64,000 nucleotides of DNA from Candidatus Obscuribacteraceae bacterium. GTDB taxonomy: Bacteria > Cyanobacteriota > Vampirovibrionia > Obscuribacterales > Obscuribacteraceae. Of this stretch, positions 20,458 through 29,457 are shown piece after piece. The position numbers were made by a program, and so were the translations under genes. Below the pieces are notes generated by a model. It saw nothing but the letters and a program-made list of their open reading frames with translations, was not told the DNA's origin and did no database searches. The stretch spans positions 1-64,000 of the forward strand of contig JBGASG010000008.1 of assembly GCA_044229845.1 (NCBI GenBank), given 5' to 3'. Positions within the stretch are counted from its first letter, which is position 1. Each line of letters begins with the position of its first letter.

Positions 20458-21959
20458 CGAGCCGCGACGACCACTACATAAGGAATGTGGCGCGGGGTAC
20501 CGCGCTGGTCAATTCTTCGGACATGACCAAACTGGAATTCACTTCGGTGGTTTGCGTCAATTCTATGAAGAGCTTGCTCTTCGTGTTGTCTGCGCCCGCC
20601 ACTGCCGTAATCTTGCTGACGCCTCTGTTCGGCTTGCTCGGCTCAGCGTTTCTTTTCATTTGCAACGACGATCCGGTCGTTCGTATCTGCGCCCTCGCCT
20701 GCGTTTTTCTCAGCATTCTGTCCGCAACCAAGCTCATCTATCGCATGTTGCCGAAAGCTAATTCGATTGATGTCATCAAAGAAGGGCTGTTGCTGCAAAC
20801 CGATGAACCGCAAGCTCCGACCTCGCTCATTCCCTGGGACGCACTCGGTGCACTGAATATAAAAACCGAACGCGGCATTCTTCTGAATGAAGAACAGTGG
20901 CTGTATATGCCGCTGCGCCTGAAGTTCAACACCGGCACCAGAGTCACCATTCCCTATCGCATGAAGTGGTCCGATGTTCTGAAGTCGGTCGACGTCGGTC
21001 AGTTTCTCAGTGCTGTCCGCACCTTCGCGCCGCACGCGGACATCTCGCCGCAGCTGAGAAATCTGGTCAACCAGCCTGAAACTTCGCGTACCAACTACAC
21101 AGAATTATGGTTGCATGAGTTCTCGCGCACTCCCCGACGAATGCGCCTGGAGCCGCTCGAACCCGGGACGAAACTCGACAACGACCGCTACGAAGTCGTC
21201 GGCAGGCTGGGCATCGGCGGGCAGGGCGTGGCTTATCTGGCAACCGATGCCGAGAAGCAACAAGATGTGGTGCTCAAGGAATACATACTGCCGGTTTATC
21301 GAGAAGCGGAATTTCAACAGGCGGCGCGAGAGAAGCTCGAACGCGAGGCAGAGATTCTAAAAAAACTCTCGCACCCACAGATCATCAGCCTGCTCGACTT
21401 CTTCATGGAGGACTATCGCGGCTACCTGGTGCTGGAATTTGTCGAGGGAGAAACGCTGCGCGCACTGGTTGTCCGAGAAGGTCCGCGTTCGGAGAATGAA
21501 GCCGTCAAACTGATTCAGCAGGTCTCAAGCATAGCCATGCACCTGCACGGGCTGGAACCGCCCGTGGTGCACCGCGACATCACGCCGGAGAATCTCATTT
21601 TGCAACCGGACGGCAGCTTGAAGCTCGTCGATTTCAACGTCGCCCAACAGAAGTCCACGCAAACCACTGCCACGATAGTCGGTAAACACGCCTATATCGC
21701 GCCCGAGCAGTTTCGCGGCAAACCAACGACGCAGAGCGACATCTACTCAATCGGTTGCACTATGCACTATCTTTTGACCGGACAGGATCCCGAGGCGATT
21801 ACCCGCTCGTCACCGCGCTCGGTGACGGAGGACGTTTCTGAATGGGCAAATGAGATTGTCGAAAAAGCCACTGCCGGCAGCACGGACATGCGCTATGCGG
21901 ATATCAAAGACATGCTGATCGATCTCGCCGGTCACGGGAAGAAACCACGCCGCAAATAG
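20454..21959 (+). CDS. Membrane Ser/Thr protein kinase (type B, DFN)
   Basis: ATGA overlap; GIGGQG, LKEYILP, HRDITPEN, DFN, APE. Confidence 0.92.
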   Translation: MTSRDDHYIRNVARGTALVNSSDMTKLEFTSVVCVNSMKSLLFVLSAPATAVILLTPLFGLLGSAFLFICNDDPVVRICALACVFLSILSATKLIYRMLPKANSIDVIKEGLLLQTDEPQAPTSLIPWDALGALNIKTERGILLNEEQWLYMPLRLKFNTGTRVTIPYRMKWSDVLKSVDVGQFLSAVRTFAPHADISPQLRNLVNQPETSRTNYTELWLHEFSRTPRRMRLEPLEPGTKLDNDRYEVVGRLGIGGQGVAYLATDAEKQQDVVLKEYILPVYREAEFQQAAREKLEREAEILKKLSHPQIISLLDFFMEDYRGYLVLEFVEGETLRALVVREGPRSENEAVKLIQQVSSIAMHLHGLEPPVVHRDITPENLILQPDGSLKLVDFNVAQQKSTQTTATIVGKHAYIAPEQFRGKPTTQSDIYSIGCTMHYLLTGQDPEAITRSSPRSVTEDVSEWANEIVEKATAGSTDMRYADIKDMLIDLAGHGKKPRRK

Positions 21960-21995
21960 CCCGAGCGCCCCAGCCAAGGCTCACGCTTTAACTTA

Positions 21996-22019
21996 TGACT
22001 ATAGTCCCTGACTATGGTA
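21996..22019. promoter_or_regulatory. Putative TA operator
   Basis: TGACTATAGTC (GACTATAGTC palindrome) and second copy TGACTATGGTA upstream of the antitoxin. Confidence 0.5.
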
Positions 22020-22056
22020 ATATTAAAGAGCGACCCCATCGCGCAGCAGACACACT

Positions 22057-22305
22057 ATGCATACAAAGAAACTAAAGCAATTTGCAGCTGGCGAATTTAA
22101 GGCGAAGTGCCTCCAAATCATGGACGAAGTGCAGAATACGAAGATCCCAGTTGTGGTGACAAAACACGGGAAGCCTGTGGTCACTATAGTGCCGTTCGAA
22201 GAACGCAAAGTCTTTCCCTACGGAGCGATGCAACACCAGATCAAAATAAACGGTGATATCGTCGGTCCACTGAGAGAACCATGGAATGCGGAAAGCGACA
22301 GTTAA
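22057..22305 (+). CDS. Phd/YefM family antitoxin
   Basis: AAGEFKAKCLQIMDEV...PVVVTKHGKPV. Confidence 0.92.
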   Translation: MHTKKLKQFAAGEFKAKCLQIMDEVQNTKIPVVVTKHGKPVVTIVPFEERKVFPYGAMQHQIKINGDIVGPLREPWNAESDS

Positions 22306-22744
22306 CGAAACTCAAGCGCAATACTTCCAGCACACTCCGGCAATCATTTTGGATACTCACATTGCCGTTTGGCTCTCGGCTCGTTCATCGATCAAACCGT
22401 CAGCGCTGGCGATTTTAGAACGGGCATTTCAAGAAGGACGCCTTTGGATTTCTCCGATTTCTGCTTGGGAGATCGGTTTGCTGGTCTCTCGAAATCGTCT
22501 AGATCTGGGGCAATCGCCGCGCAGTTGGTTCGATAGATTCGTGCAGCAATTCAGCGTTTCAGTTTTGGACCTGACCCCTGAAATTGCCATCAACAGCAGT
22601 TTCCTGCCCGGAGACTTTCACGGTGATCCAGCAGATCGAATGATTGTGTCCAGCGCACAAGTCTATTCCGCGACCATTGCGTCTGCAGACAACCTGATTC
22701 TCTCCTATGGAAAGCGCGGTATGATTAAGGTGCTTCCCTGCTGA
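22286..22744 (+). CDS. vapC: VapC (PIN domain) toxin
   Basis: ILDTH, ISPISAWEI, HGDPADRMI. Confidence 0.92.
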   Translation: MRKATVNETQAQYFQHTPAIILDTHIAVWLSARSSIKPSALAILERAFQEGRLWISPISAWEIGLLVSRNRLDLGQSPRSWFDRFVQQFSVSVLDLTPEIAINSSFLPGDFHGDPADRMIVSSAQVYSATIASADNLILSYGKRGMIKVLPC

Positions 22745-22757
22745 AACGTGCCCGTTA

Positions 22758-23342
22758 TCAAAGAATCGCGGGCTCCTTCCACTTGGGGTTGGATTTGGAA
22801 GTGAGGATGTGGTCTTCCCACTTGCCGTTCAAGTAGAGGTAATCGCGCGCGTAACCCTCGACCGTGAATCCGAGACGACGCAATAGATTGCCGCTACGCA
22901 CATTGGATGGCATGTAGTTTGCCATGATGCGGTGCAGATTTTTGTCCTTGAATCCGTACTCGACGACGGCATTCACCGCTTCACTCATGAAGCCCTTGCC
23001 TTGCTTGCTTTTGGCCAGTCCATAGCCGAGATAACAGAACTGCGCGGCGTGCCTTTGAATGGAACCGAGACTGAGATTACCGATGATCTCGTCGTCTTTG
23101 CCGCGCTCCCAGACAAAAAATCGCACTGAGACATCCTGTTCGAACTCGCGAATGTTGGCCTTGACGCGCAAATGCCAGAAGTCCTCGCAGTAGAAGTCTT
23201 CCGGCCACTTGGGTCCGAAGGGCTGCAGATGCGCTTCGTTCTCTTTGAAGTAGCGGATGGCATGCGGTATGTCTTCCAGAACTACGAGGCGGATGCAGAG
23301 GCGGTCCGTCAAGAGCTTTGGCAGATTCACTTTGTTGATCAC
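22758..23342 (-). CDS. rimJ: RimJ/RimL family GNAT N-acetyltransferase
   Basis: LLTDRL, LGYGL..QGKGFMSEA, LHRIMANYMPSNVRS, EGYARDYL..NGKWEDH; start chosen at GTG 23342 (ORF track 23387). Confidence 0.85.
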   Translation of the reverse strand: MINKVNLPKLLTDRLCIRLVVLEDIPHAIRYFKENEAHLQPFGPKWPEDFYCEDFWHLRVKANIREFEQDVSVRFFVWERGKDDEIIGNLSLGSIQRHAAQFCYLGYGLAKSKQGKGFMSEAVNAVVEYGFKDKNLHRIMANYMPSNVRSGNLLRRLGFTVEGYARDYLYLNGKWEDHILTSKSNPKWKEPAIL

Positions 23343-23364
23343 CAAACGAAGCGGCTCCCGTTTT

Positions 23365-23451
23365 CTATCGACCAAGAGTGCTGACAATCACCGAAAGCAG
23401 GAAGGTGGCGATCATCAACCAGATGATCACCTTCTGACTGCCGCGCATCAT
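23365..23451 (-). CDS. 28-aa single-TM mini-protein (DUF4044/Prli42-like)
   Basis: MMRGSQKVIIWLMIATFLLSVIVSTLGR*, fills the gap between uvrC and rimJ on the same strand. Confidence 0.5.
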   Translation of the reverse strand: MMRGSQKVIIWLMIATFLLSVIVSTLGR

Positions 23452-23470
23452 TTCGAAGAAACTGAGGCGC

Positions 23471-25393
23471 TCAGCTCTGGGCTTCGGCGATTTCGGCTCT
23501 TTCGGGTCCTTCGGTTCTTTCGGCTGTTTCTTCGACATTGTGGAGGGTCTTGAAAATCTTCTCGGCTAAGGATTTGGGCAGGCCTTTTACGGATTTTAGC
23601 TCATCGAGGGTGGCCGCGCGCAACCCATCAAACGAACCGAAATGCTCCAGAAGCAGTTTGCGCCGATTTGGTCCGATCCCTGGCAACATATCCATTTGCG
23701 ATTGTATCGACCGCTTGGCCCGCCGTTTACGGTGAAAAGTCACCGCAAATCTGTGAGCTTCATCCCGCACGCGCTGTAACAGGTGCAGCGCTTCGCTGCG
23801 GCGCGGCAGAAGTTCAGGATCTGACTTGCCGGGCAAATAGACCTCCTCCTGCCGTTTGGCAAGACCGACGATGTCCAGGTCGCCACTTTCTATGCCCAGC
23901 TCATCCAGGGCCTCCAGCGCTGCGTTCAGTTGTCCTTTGCCACCATCTATGATGACAAGATCCGGTAGCGACTTAGCGTCTTCAATGACGCGCTTATATC
24001 GGCGCGTCACCACTTCCTTCATGGAAGCAAAATCGTTCGGCTCGCCCTCGACCGACCGAATTTTGAAGACTCGGTAATCGGCTTTCTTGGCGACGGCATT
24101 CTCGAAGACCACCAGGCTGGCGACGTTGTCGGTTCCTTGAATATTGGAGATGTCGAAGCACTCGATGCGCTTAGGAGGCTTCTGTAAATTGAGTTCGTCT
24201 TTGAGACGCGTCAACAAATCCAGTACGCGCGCGTTGGTCTCCGACTCATCGACCAGCTGTTTCTCCAGGGCTGATATAGCATTCTTGCGCGCCATCTCCA
24301 GCAGTTTGGCTTTGTCTCCCTTTTGCGGCACTATCAGTTTTACCGAATGTCGCGGCGCTCTTTGACTGAGCAGTTCAGCCAGCGCACCGACGCCTTCGAA
24401 TGTATGCTGCAACAAAATCTCTTTAGGCAGCGAAATGTCTTCAGCCTCGGCGTAATACTGCTCGACAAAACTCTGAAAAGCTTCGTCGTAGCGCGTCTTC
24501 TCCTGCAGAGGAATGTCGAAGGTTTCCGAACCAATCAACTTGCCTTCGCGCAATCGCATCAAGCAAAAAAGAATGACTTTCTCTGTGTGCGACTCGGCGA
24601 TGACATCGAGACTGACAGTGTGGTCCTGGAAAAAGACTTGCTGTTTCTCCAGAATCGAACGCAAAAGCCCCAGGCGATCGCGCAGCTTGGCCGCTTCTTC
24701 GAATTCCAGTGCATCTGATTTGGCTTCCATTTCGCGCTGCATCTCAGCTACAGCTTCGCTCTGGCGCCCGGAGAGAAACAGTTCTACCTGTCCGACCATG
24801 TGGTTGTAGAACTCTTCGTCGACCAGATTCTGGCAAGGTCCCAGACATAACCCCATGTGATAGTTGAGACAGGGGCGGTCTTTGAAAAACGGTGTGCGTC
24901 TTTGCCGCATCGGAAAGACCCGGCGCAATATGCGCACCGTCTGCCACATGTTGCCGGTCTCGACATAGGGTCCGAAAATTTTTGCCTTCGGATGATCCGG
25001 TCTGTACTTTCTGGGATCGCGCACCATCACCAGTCGCGGAAACTTCTCGTCGTACGTGATGGCAAGCCACGGATAGCGTTTGTCGTCCTTCAAGCTGACG
25101 TTGTACTTGGGCATGTGCTTGCGCACCAGCGTCCGCTCCAGAAGCAGAGCTTCTTTCTCCGAGTTGGTCAAAATCGTCTCGAAGTCGGCGACCTTCGGCA
25201 TCATCACCGCCAGCTTCGGCCGCTCGTACCAGGCATTGGCGTTCCAGTACGAACGCACCCGCGAACGCAGGCTCAGTGCCTTGCCTATATAAATGATCTC
25301 GCCCTCGGCATTTTTGAAGACGTAGACACCCGGCTCTGCCGGCAACAATGCCAGCAGTTTGGAGATACTTTCAGATGGCTCCGAAGTCTTCAA
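23471..25393 (-). CDS. uvrC: Excinuclease ABC subunit C
   Basis: GIY-YIG (PGVY...IYIGKA), RIECFDISN, IIDGGKGQL, RDEAHRFA, HhH. Confidence 0.98.
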   Translation of the reverse strand: MKTSEPSESISKLLALLPAEPGVYVFKNAEGEIIYIGKALSLRSRVRSYWNANAWYERPKLAVMMPKVADFETILTNSEKEALLLERTLVRKHMPKYNVSLKDDKRYPWLAITYDEKFPRLVMVRDPRKYRPDHPKAKIFGPYVETGNMWQTVRILRRVFPMRQRRTPFFKDRPCLNYHMGLCLGPCQNLVDEEFYNHMVGQVELFLSGRQSEAVAEMQREMEAKSDALEFEEAAKLRDRLGLLRSILEKQQVFFQDHTVSLDVIAESHTEKVILFCLMRLREGKLIGSETFDIPLQEKTRYDEAFQSFVEQYYAEAEDISLPKEILLQHTFEGVGALAELLSQRAPRHSVKLIVPQKGDKAKLLEMARKNAISALEKQLVDESETNARVLDLLTRLKDELNLQKPPKRIECFDISNIQGTDNVASLVVFENAVAKKADYRVFKIRSVEGEPNDFASMKEVVTRRYKRVIEDAKSLPDLVIIDGGKGQLNAALEALDELGIESGDLDIVGLAKRQEEVYLPGKSDPELLPRRSEALHLLQRVRDEAHRFAVTFHRKRRAKRSIQSQMDMLPGIGPNRRKLLLEHFGSFDGLRAATLDELKSVKGLPKSLAEKIFKTLHNVEETAERTEGPERAEIAEAQS

Positions 25394-26864
25394 AACTTAC
25401 CGATTCCGCAGGTTCTCTAAGCTCACCATTGACGACGCTGCGCTCACCGCTTGCACTTGATTTGCCCGGCTTAAAGCCGGAAACGACGTTAGACAGGGCG
25501 TCCACCAGGTATTCTACGCCTATTAACTCTAACTGATCGACCGGTGAACTCAAGGGCAGGTTGGCTGCCGGTACCAGCGCCTTGCGGAAGCCCATGCGTG
25601 CCGCCTCGCGCAGTCGCCGCTCCAGCGCCGCAACCGGTCTGATTTCGCCCGACAAGCCGATTTCGCCGGCACAGAACAAGAATGGATCGATTGAGCGGTC
25701 CAGATAGGAAGTGGCGACCGCAACGGCAATACCAAGGTCTGATGCCGGATCGCTGGTTTCGAAGCCACCGACGATATTGATGTAGACGTCCTGGCGGGCC
25801 AGCCCGAGCCCCATCCGTTTCTCGAGCACGGCAATTATTTGCAGCAGGCGATTGAGATCCCAGCCGTTGGCCGTGCGGCGCGGACTGTTGTATGCAGTCG
25901 AACCGACCAGAGCCTGCACTTCCAAAAGCAGCGGACGGTTGCCTTCCAGAGTGGCAATCACCGCAGTTCCGGACGGCGCGCGCTCGTTGGCGTTGCGGGC
26001 CAGGCGATTGCCGAGAAACAACAAACTGGGATTGCGCACTTCTTGCAATCCGCCCTCGCTCATAGAGAAAAGCGCGATCTCCTGCGTCGACCCGAACCGG
26101 TTTTTGACGGCGCGCAAAACGCGCAGCTGGCGCGCCCGGTCGCCTTCGAAATGCAATACGACATCGACCATGTGCTCGAGCACACGCGGTCCGGCGATGG
26201 TACCGTCCTTGGTGACATGTCCGACGAGAATCGCCGGTATGTTTTTGGCCTTGGCGGCATTCAGCAAAACGGCGGCACTCTCGCGAGTCTGGCTTACCGA
26301 GCCGGGAGCGCTGGATATCTCGGGGTGAAATACAGCCTGAACACTGTCGATGATCACAAAGTCGTGATCGCCTCCATTGATTCGCTTTTCGATGGTGGAG
26401 ACATTTTGTTCCGAGTCGATCCAGAGATTGTCGGCAACCACACCCAGGCGCTGCGCACGCATGGAGACCTGCTTTTTGGACTCCTCGCCGGAGACGTATA
26501 GAACCTTGTTGCGACGAGCCAGATGATTGGCAACTTGCAAGAGCAATGTCGATTTGCCGATACCGGGATCGCCGGCAAACAACACCACAGCACCGCGGAC
26601 GAAACCGCCACCGAGCACCTCGTCAACCGCGCAGAAGCCGCTCTCCATGCGCTCTCCGTCTTCGGTATCGACTGAGGCCAGTTTGGTCGGACCTTCAGCC
26701 GAAGGCGGCGCCACCGAGCGCGGTGCTACAGCGGCAGTGGAAACATCCAGTTCTTCGACGATGCTTCCCCAGGCTCCACATTCGGTGCACTTGCCGAGAT
26801 AGCCAGTTGCAACAAACCCGCATTCCTGGCAGGTCCAGCGACTTTTAGACTTTCTCACTTGCAC
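25371..26864 (-). CDS. radA: DNA repair protein RadA/Sms
   Basis: CQECG..CTECG zinc finger, GDPGIGKST, KNRFG, Lon-like C-terminus. Confidence 0.98.
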   Translation of the reverse strand: MQVRKSKSRWTCQECGFVATGYLGKCTECGAWGSIVEELDVSTAAVAPRSVAPPSAEGPTKLASVDTEDGERMESGFCAVDEVLGGGFVRGAVVLFAGDPGIGKSTLLLQVANHLARRNKVLYVSGEESKKQVSMRAQRLGVVADNLWIDSEQNVSTIEKRINGGDHDFVIIDSVQAVFHPEISSAPGSVSQTRESAAVLLNAAKAKNIPAILVGHVTKDGTIAGPRVLEHMVDVVLHFEGDRARQLRVLRAVKNRFGSTQEIALFSMSEGGLQEVRNPSLLFLGNRLARNANERAPSGTAVIATLEGNRPLLLEVQALVGSTAYNSPRRTANGWDLNRLLQIIAVLEKRMGLGLARQDVYINIVGGFETSDPASDLGIAVAVATSYLDRSIDPFLFCAGEIGLSGEIRPVAALERRLREAARMGFRKALVPAANLPLSSPVDQLELIGVEYLVDALSNVVSGFKPGKSSASGERSVVNGELREPAESVSFEDFGAI

Positions 26865-26995
26865 CTCATCGAGTTGTCAATATAAAGATTCAGCTCTTGT
26901 TCACCAGCTTCCGCGCCATTTTAACTTGACGGTATGCTGCTTCGGCCATAGCTTTATACAGGCGGCTGATAAGACAATTCCAAGCAGGTATTTTT

Positions 26996-27289
26996 ATGTT
27001 GAACGCAATCCCGTTCGTCATCGTTTCGGTGTCACTGGCTGCGCCAAACGTCAATCTCCATGCGCAAAGCAAAGACCCGGTCAGTTGCATGAAGAGAGAT
27101 CCTTCAATGATTCTCATCGCCCAGAAGCGGCCGCAGGACCCGCACGGCGATGACCCTCATGGTGACGATCCCAACGATGAAGTGCACCCTGCCGACCTTC
27201 CGGCTAACGAAGAGCAAAAAGCCAACAAGGCTCCGCGCGATGTTTATCCCAAGGGCATTCCCAACGGAAAAGAGCCGTACATTCCATAA
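26996..27289 (+). CDS. Small secreted hypothetical protein
   Basis: Hydrophobic N-terminus, DPHGD repeat. Confidence 0.5.
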   Translation: MLNAIPFVIVSVSLAAPNVNLHAQSKDPVSCMKRDPSMILIAQKRPQDPHGDDPHGDDPNDEVHPADLPANEEQKANKAPRDVYPKGIPNGKEPYIP

Positions 27290-27336
27290 TTGGAAACGGC
27301 CCGCGCGCTAATTCCGTTTGCATTTGCTAAATTGAG

Positions 27337-28215
27337 GTGCAAGCGGGAGATTCAGCTTTGGGCATCACATTACAGTCGCCGGGTCCAATGTTTCTGGAGT
27401 GGGGCCCGATCCATATCCGCTGGTATGCAGTCATGATTGCCAGCGGATTTTTCGCTGCCCTCTTTGTAATTGAGAAACTGGCAACCCGCTTCGGCATCGA
27501 CAAGGACAAGCTGGTCAATGGCGCGCTGGTTTCATTCATCGGCGGCATCATAGGCGCAAGACTGTATTTCGTCGCCCTCAACCTCAATTCGTACTTGCAA
27601 CGCCCCGAAGACATCCTGGCTACCTGGCAGGGAGGCATGTCCATCCATGGTGGGATACTTGGTGGTTTGCTTTTCGGCACCGTCTACGCCCGCCTGACAA
27701 AACTCTCTTTCGCCCGCGGCTGCGACATCTTCGGCGTTGGTCTGCCGCTCGGGCAGGCAATCGGGCGCTGGGGCAACTTTTTCAATTCAGAAGCTTTCGG
27801 CTCGCCGGTCTCGGATAACTTCCCCTTCAAGGTCAGCATCCCTCCTCAAAACCGGCCGCTGGAGTTGCAGGGGCATCAGTACTTTCACGCCACGTTTTTC
27901 TATGAAGCCGTGTGGGACATGCTGCTGTTCGCTTTTCTCTACTTCTTCGCCGCGGACAAACTGAAAAACTATCCCGGCGCCACATTCATGGTTTATCTGG
28001 CGGGATACTCGCTGGGGCGCCTTCTAATCGAGCCGATTCGCACCGACAGCATCATGATGGGTTCTATGCCCGTGCCGATTATCGCCAGCGCGGTCAGTCT
28101 GGGTCTGGCTCTGATCGGCTATTTCATGATTCGGGCGAAGCACAAAGGTGCCGGCGCAGGTTCAGAAACGACAGAACAAACAGCGCCACATTCCACCACA
28201 GAAACGGCTGAATGA
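27337..28215 (+). CDS. lgt: Prolipoprotein diacylglyceryl transferase
   Basis: IRWY, GARLY, GGMSIHGG, GRWGNFFNSE, FFYE. Confidence 0.97.
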   Translation: MQAGDSALGITLQSPGPMFLEWGPIHIRWYAVMIASGFFAALFVIEKLATRFGIDKDKLVNGALVSFIGGIIGARLYFVALNLNSYLQRPEDILATWQGGMSIHGGILGGLLFGTVYARLTKLSFARGCDIFGVGLPLGQAIGRWGNFFNSEAFGSPVSDNFPFKVSIPPQNRPLELQGHQYFHATFFYEAVWDMLLFAFLYFFAADKLKNYPGATFMVYLAGYSLGRLLIEPIRTDSIMMGSMPVPIIASAVSLGLALIGYFMIRAKHKGAGAGSETTEQTAPHSTTETAE

Positions 28216-29401
28216 ACAGGAAGTGCGCTACAAGCGGTTGCACCATAAAGAAGATCCAGCTGACAAACGGAAATGACACGACCAGAACGCGTGCCGCCTT
28301 GGCCGGCCTGCCGGCAGACCACTGGGTGTTTAGCGTGTAGAGCCACATGCAAGGCGCTGCGGTCAGCCAGTAGTCCTGGGTGTGAGTGTGTACACTGGTC
28401 ATCAACATCGCCAGCGTGGTCATCGCGGCGGCAAAGAAGAGCGTTTCTCGCCGCACAAAAAGACCCTTGCGTTTCATCGAGAACCAGATAAACGAAAGCG
28501 CCACTGTGGTCAACAACCAGACGCTGAAGGAGACGATTTTGACGACGTCGGGGGACTGTGGCATGAGCAAAGTCAGTTCACCGCGAAGGTTTTGCATCAT
28601 TTCGGCTGCCACACCACTCACCGCCGTGGTGGTTTCCTGAGACAGTGCATGAGGAAAATCCATGACGTTAGCCGGTCCGAGAATTGCCACCGCCCATAAC
28701 ACCAGAGTCAGCAAGATCGCCGCTGTCGCCAGTGCATACGGCAGCCCCAGCATGAGCGTGCCGATCAGCCCCACGACCGGCAGATACTGAATTTTAACCA
28801 TGACGGGAATCGTGCAGAGGGCAGCCAGATAGGGGCGTTTGGCAAAAACACAAAGAAAAAATCCGGTGACGCCCGCGCAGGCAAACAGCGCCGGCTGCCC
28901 TAACTGAGCAGACATCCAGGCTGGAAAAGAACCGAAAGCCGCCACCATCGCAAACGTTCGCCTAAAAGGAGTCTGAAAACACTGCTTCGCCACCATCCAC
29001 AGTGCCCAGGCGGAGAGCCCCAGTCCCGTTAAATCCCAAGCCAGCCAGGACGGAAACATCGGCATGACCGAAAGCGGCAGTGCCAGCACGAACGCATAAG
29101 GCGGATACTGGAAGTAGAAGGGCAACTCCGGAATGATCGGCTTGGTTAACTCCGCCACCGATGCCGCTTGCACATTGATGTCATAGACGTCCGGTTTGGT
29201 TGGACCGGTAAGACACTGGCGAGCCAGAAGCGCCGCGCTGTACATGTTGACGAAGTCGTTGGTGTAGGGCTTGTTATCTATGCGTCGGGCGAAGAGTGTG
29301 CCTTCGTACTGCCACTTGCCCAAAAGACCAAAGCCACAGAGCCCCCAGACGGCGAGCGCGGTTATGTAGGCGAACCAGAGTTTCTTGGTCAGGTCAGACA
29401 T
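28124..29401 (-). CDS. Glycosyltransferase family 87 (DUF2029) membrane protein
   Basis: NDF..Y, FQYPP, GQ and KIQY motifs, many TMs. Confidence 0.8.
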   Translation of the reverse strand: MSDLTKKLWFAYITALAVWGLCGFGLLGKWQYEGTLFARRIDNKPYTNDFVNMYSAALLARQCLTGPTKPDVYDINVQAASVAELTKPIIPELPFYFQYPPYAFVLALPLSVMPMFPSWLAWDLTGLGLSAWALWMVAKQCFQTPFRRTFAMVAAFGSFPAWMSAQLGQPALFACAGVTGFFLCVFAKRPYLAALCTIPVMVKIQYLPVVGLIGTLMLGLPYALATAAILLTLVLWAVAILGPANVMDFPHALSQETTTAVSGVAAEMMQNLRGELTLLMPQSPDVVKIVSFSVWLLTTVALSFIWFSMKRKGLFVRRETLFFAAAMTTLAMLMTSVHTHTQDYWLTAAPCMWLYTLNTQWSAGRPAKAARVLVVSFPFVSWIFFMVQPLVAHFLFIQPFLWWNVALFVLSFLNLRRHLCASPES

Positions 29402-29457
29402 GACTAGATTCTAGCTCCTATGGGCATTACATAAATGCAAGCCCTTGCATAAAACCT

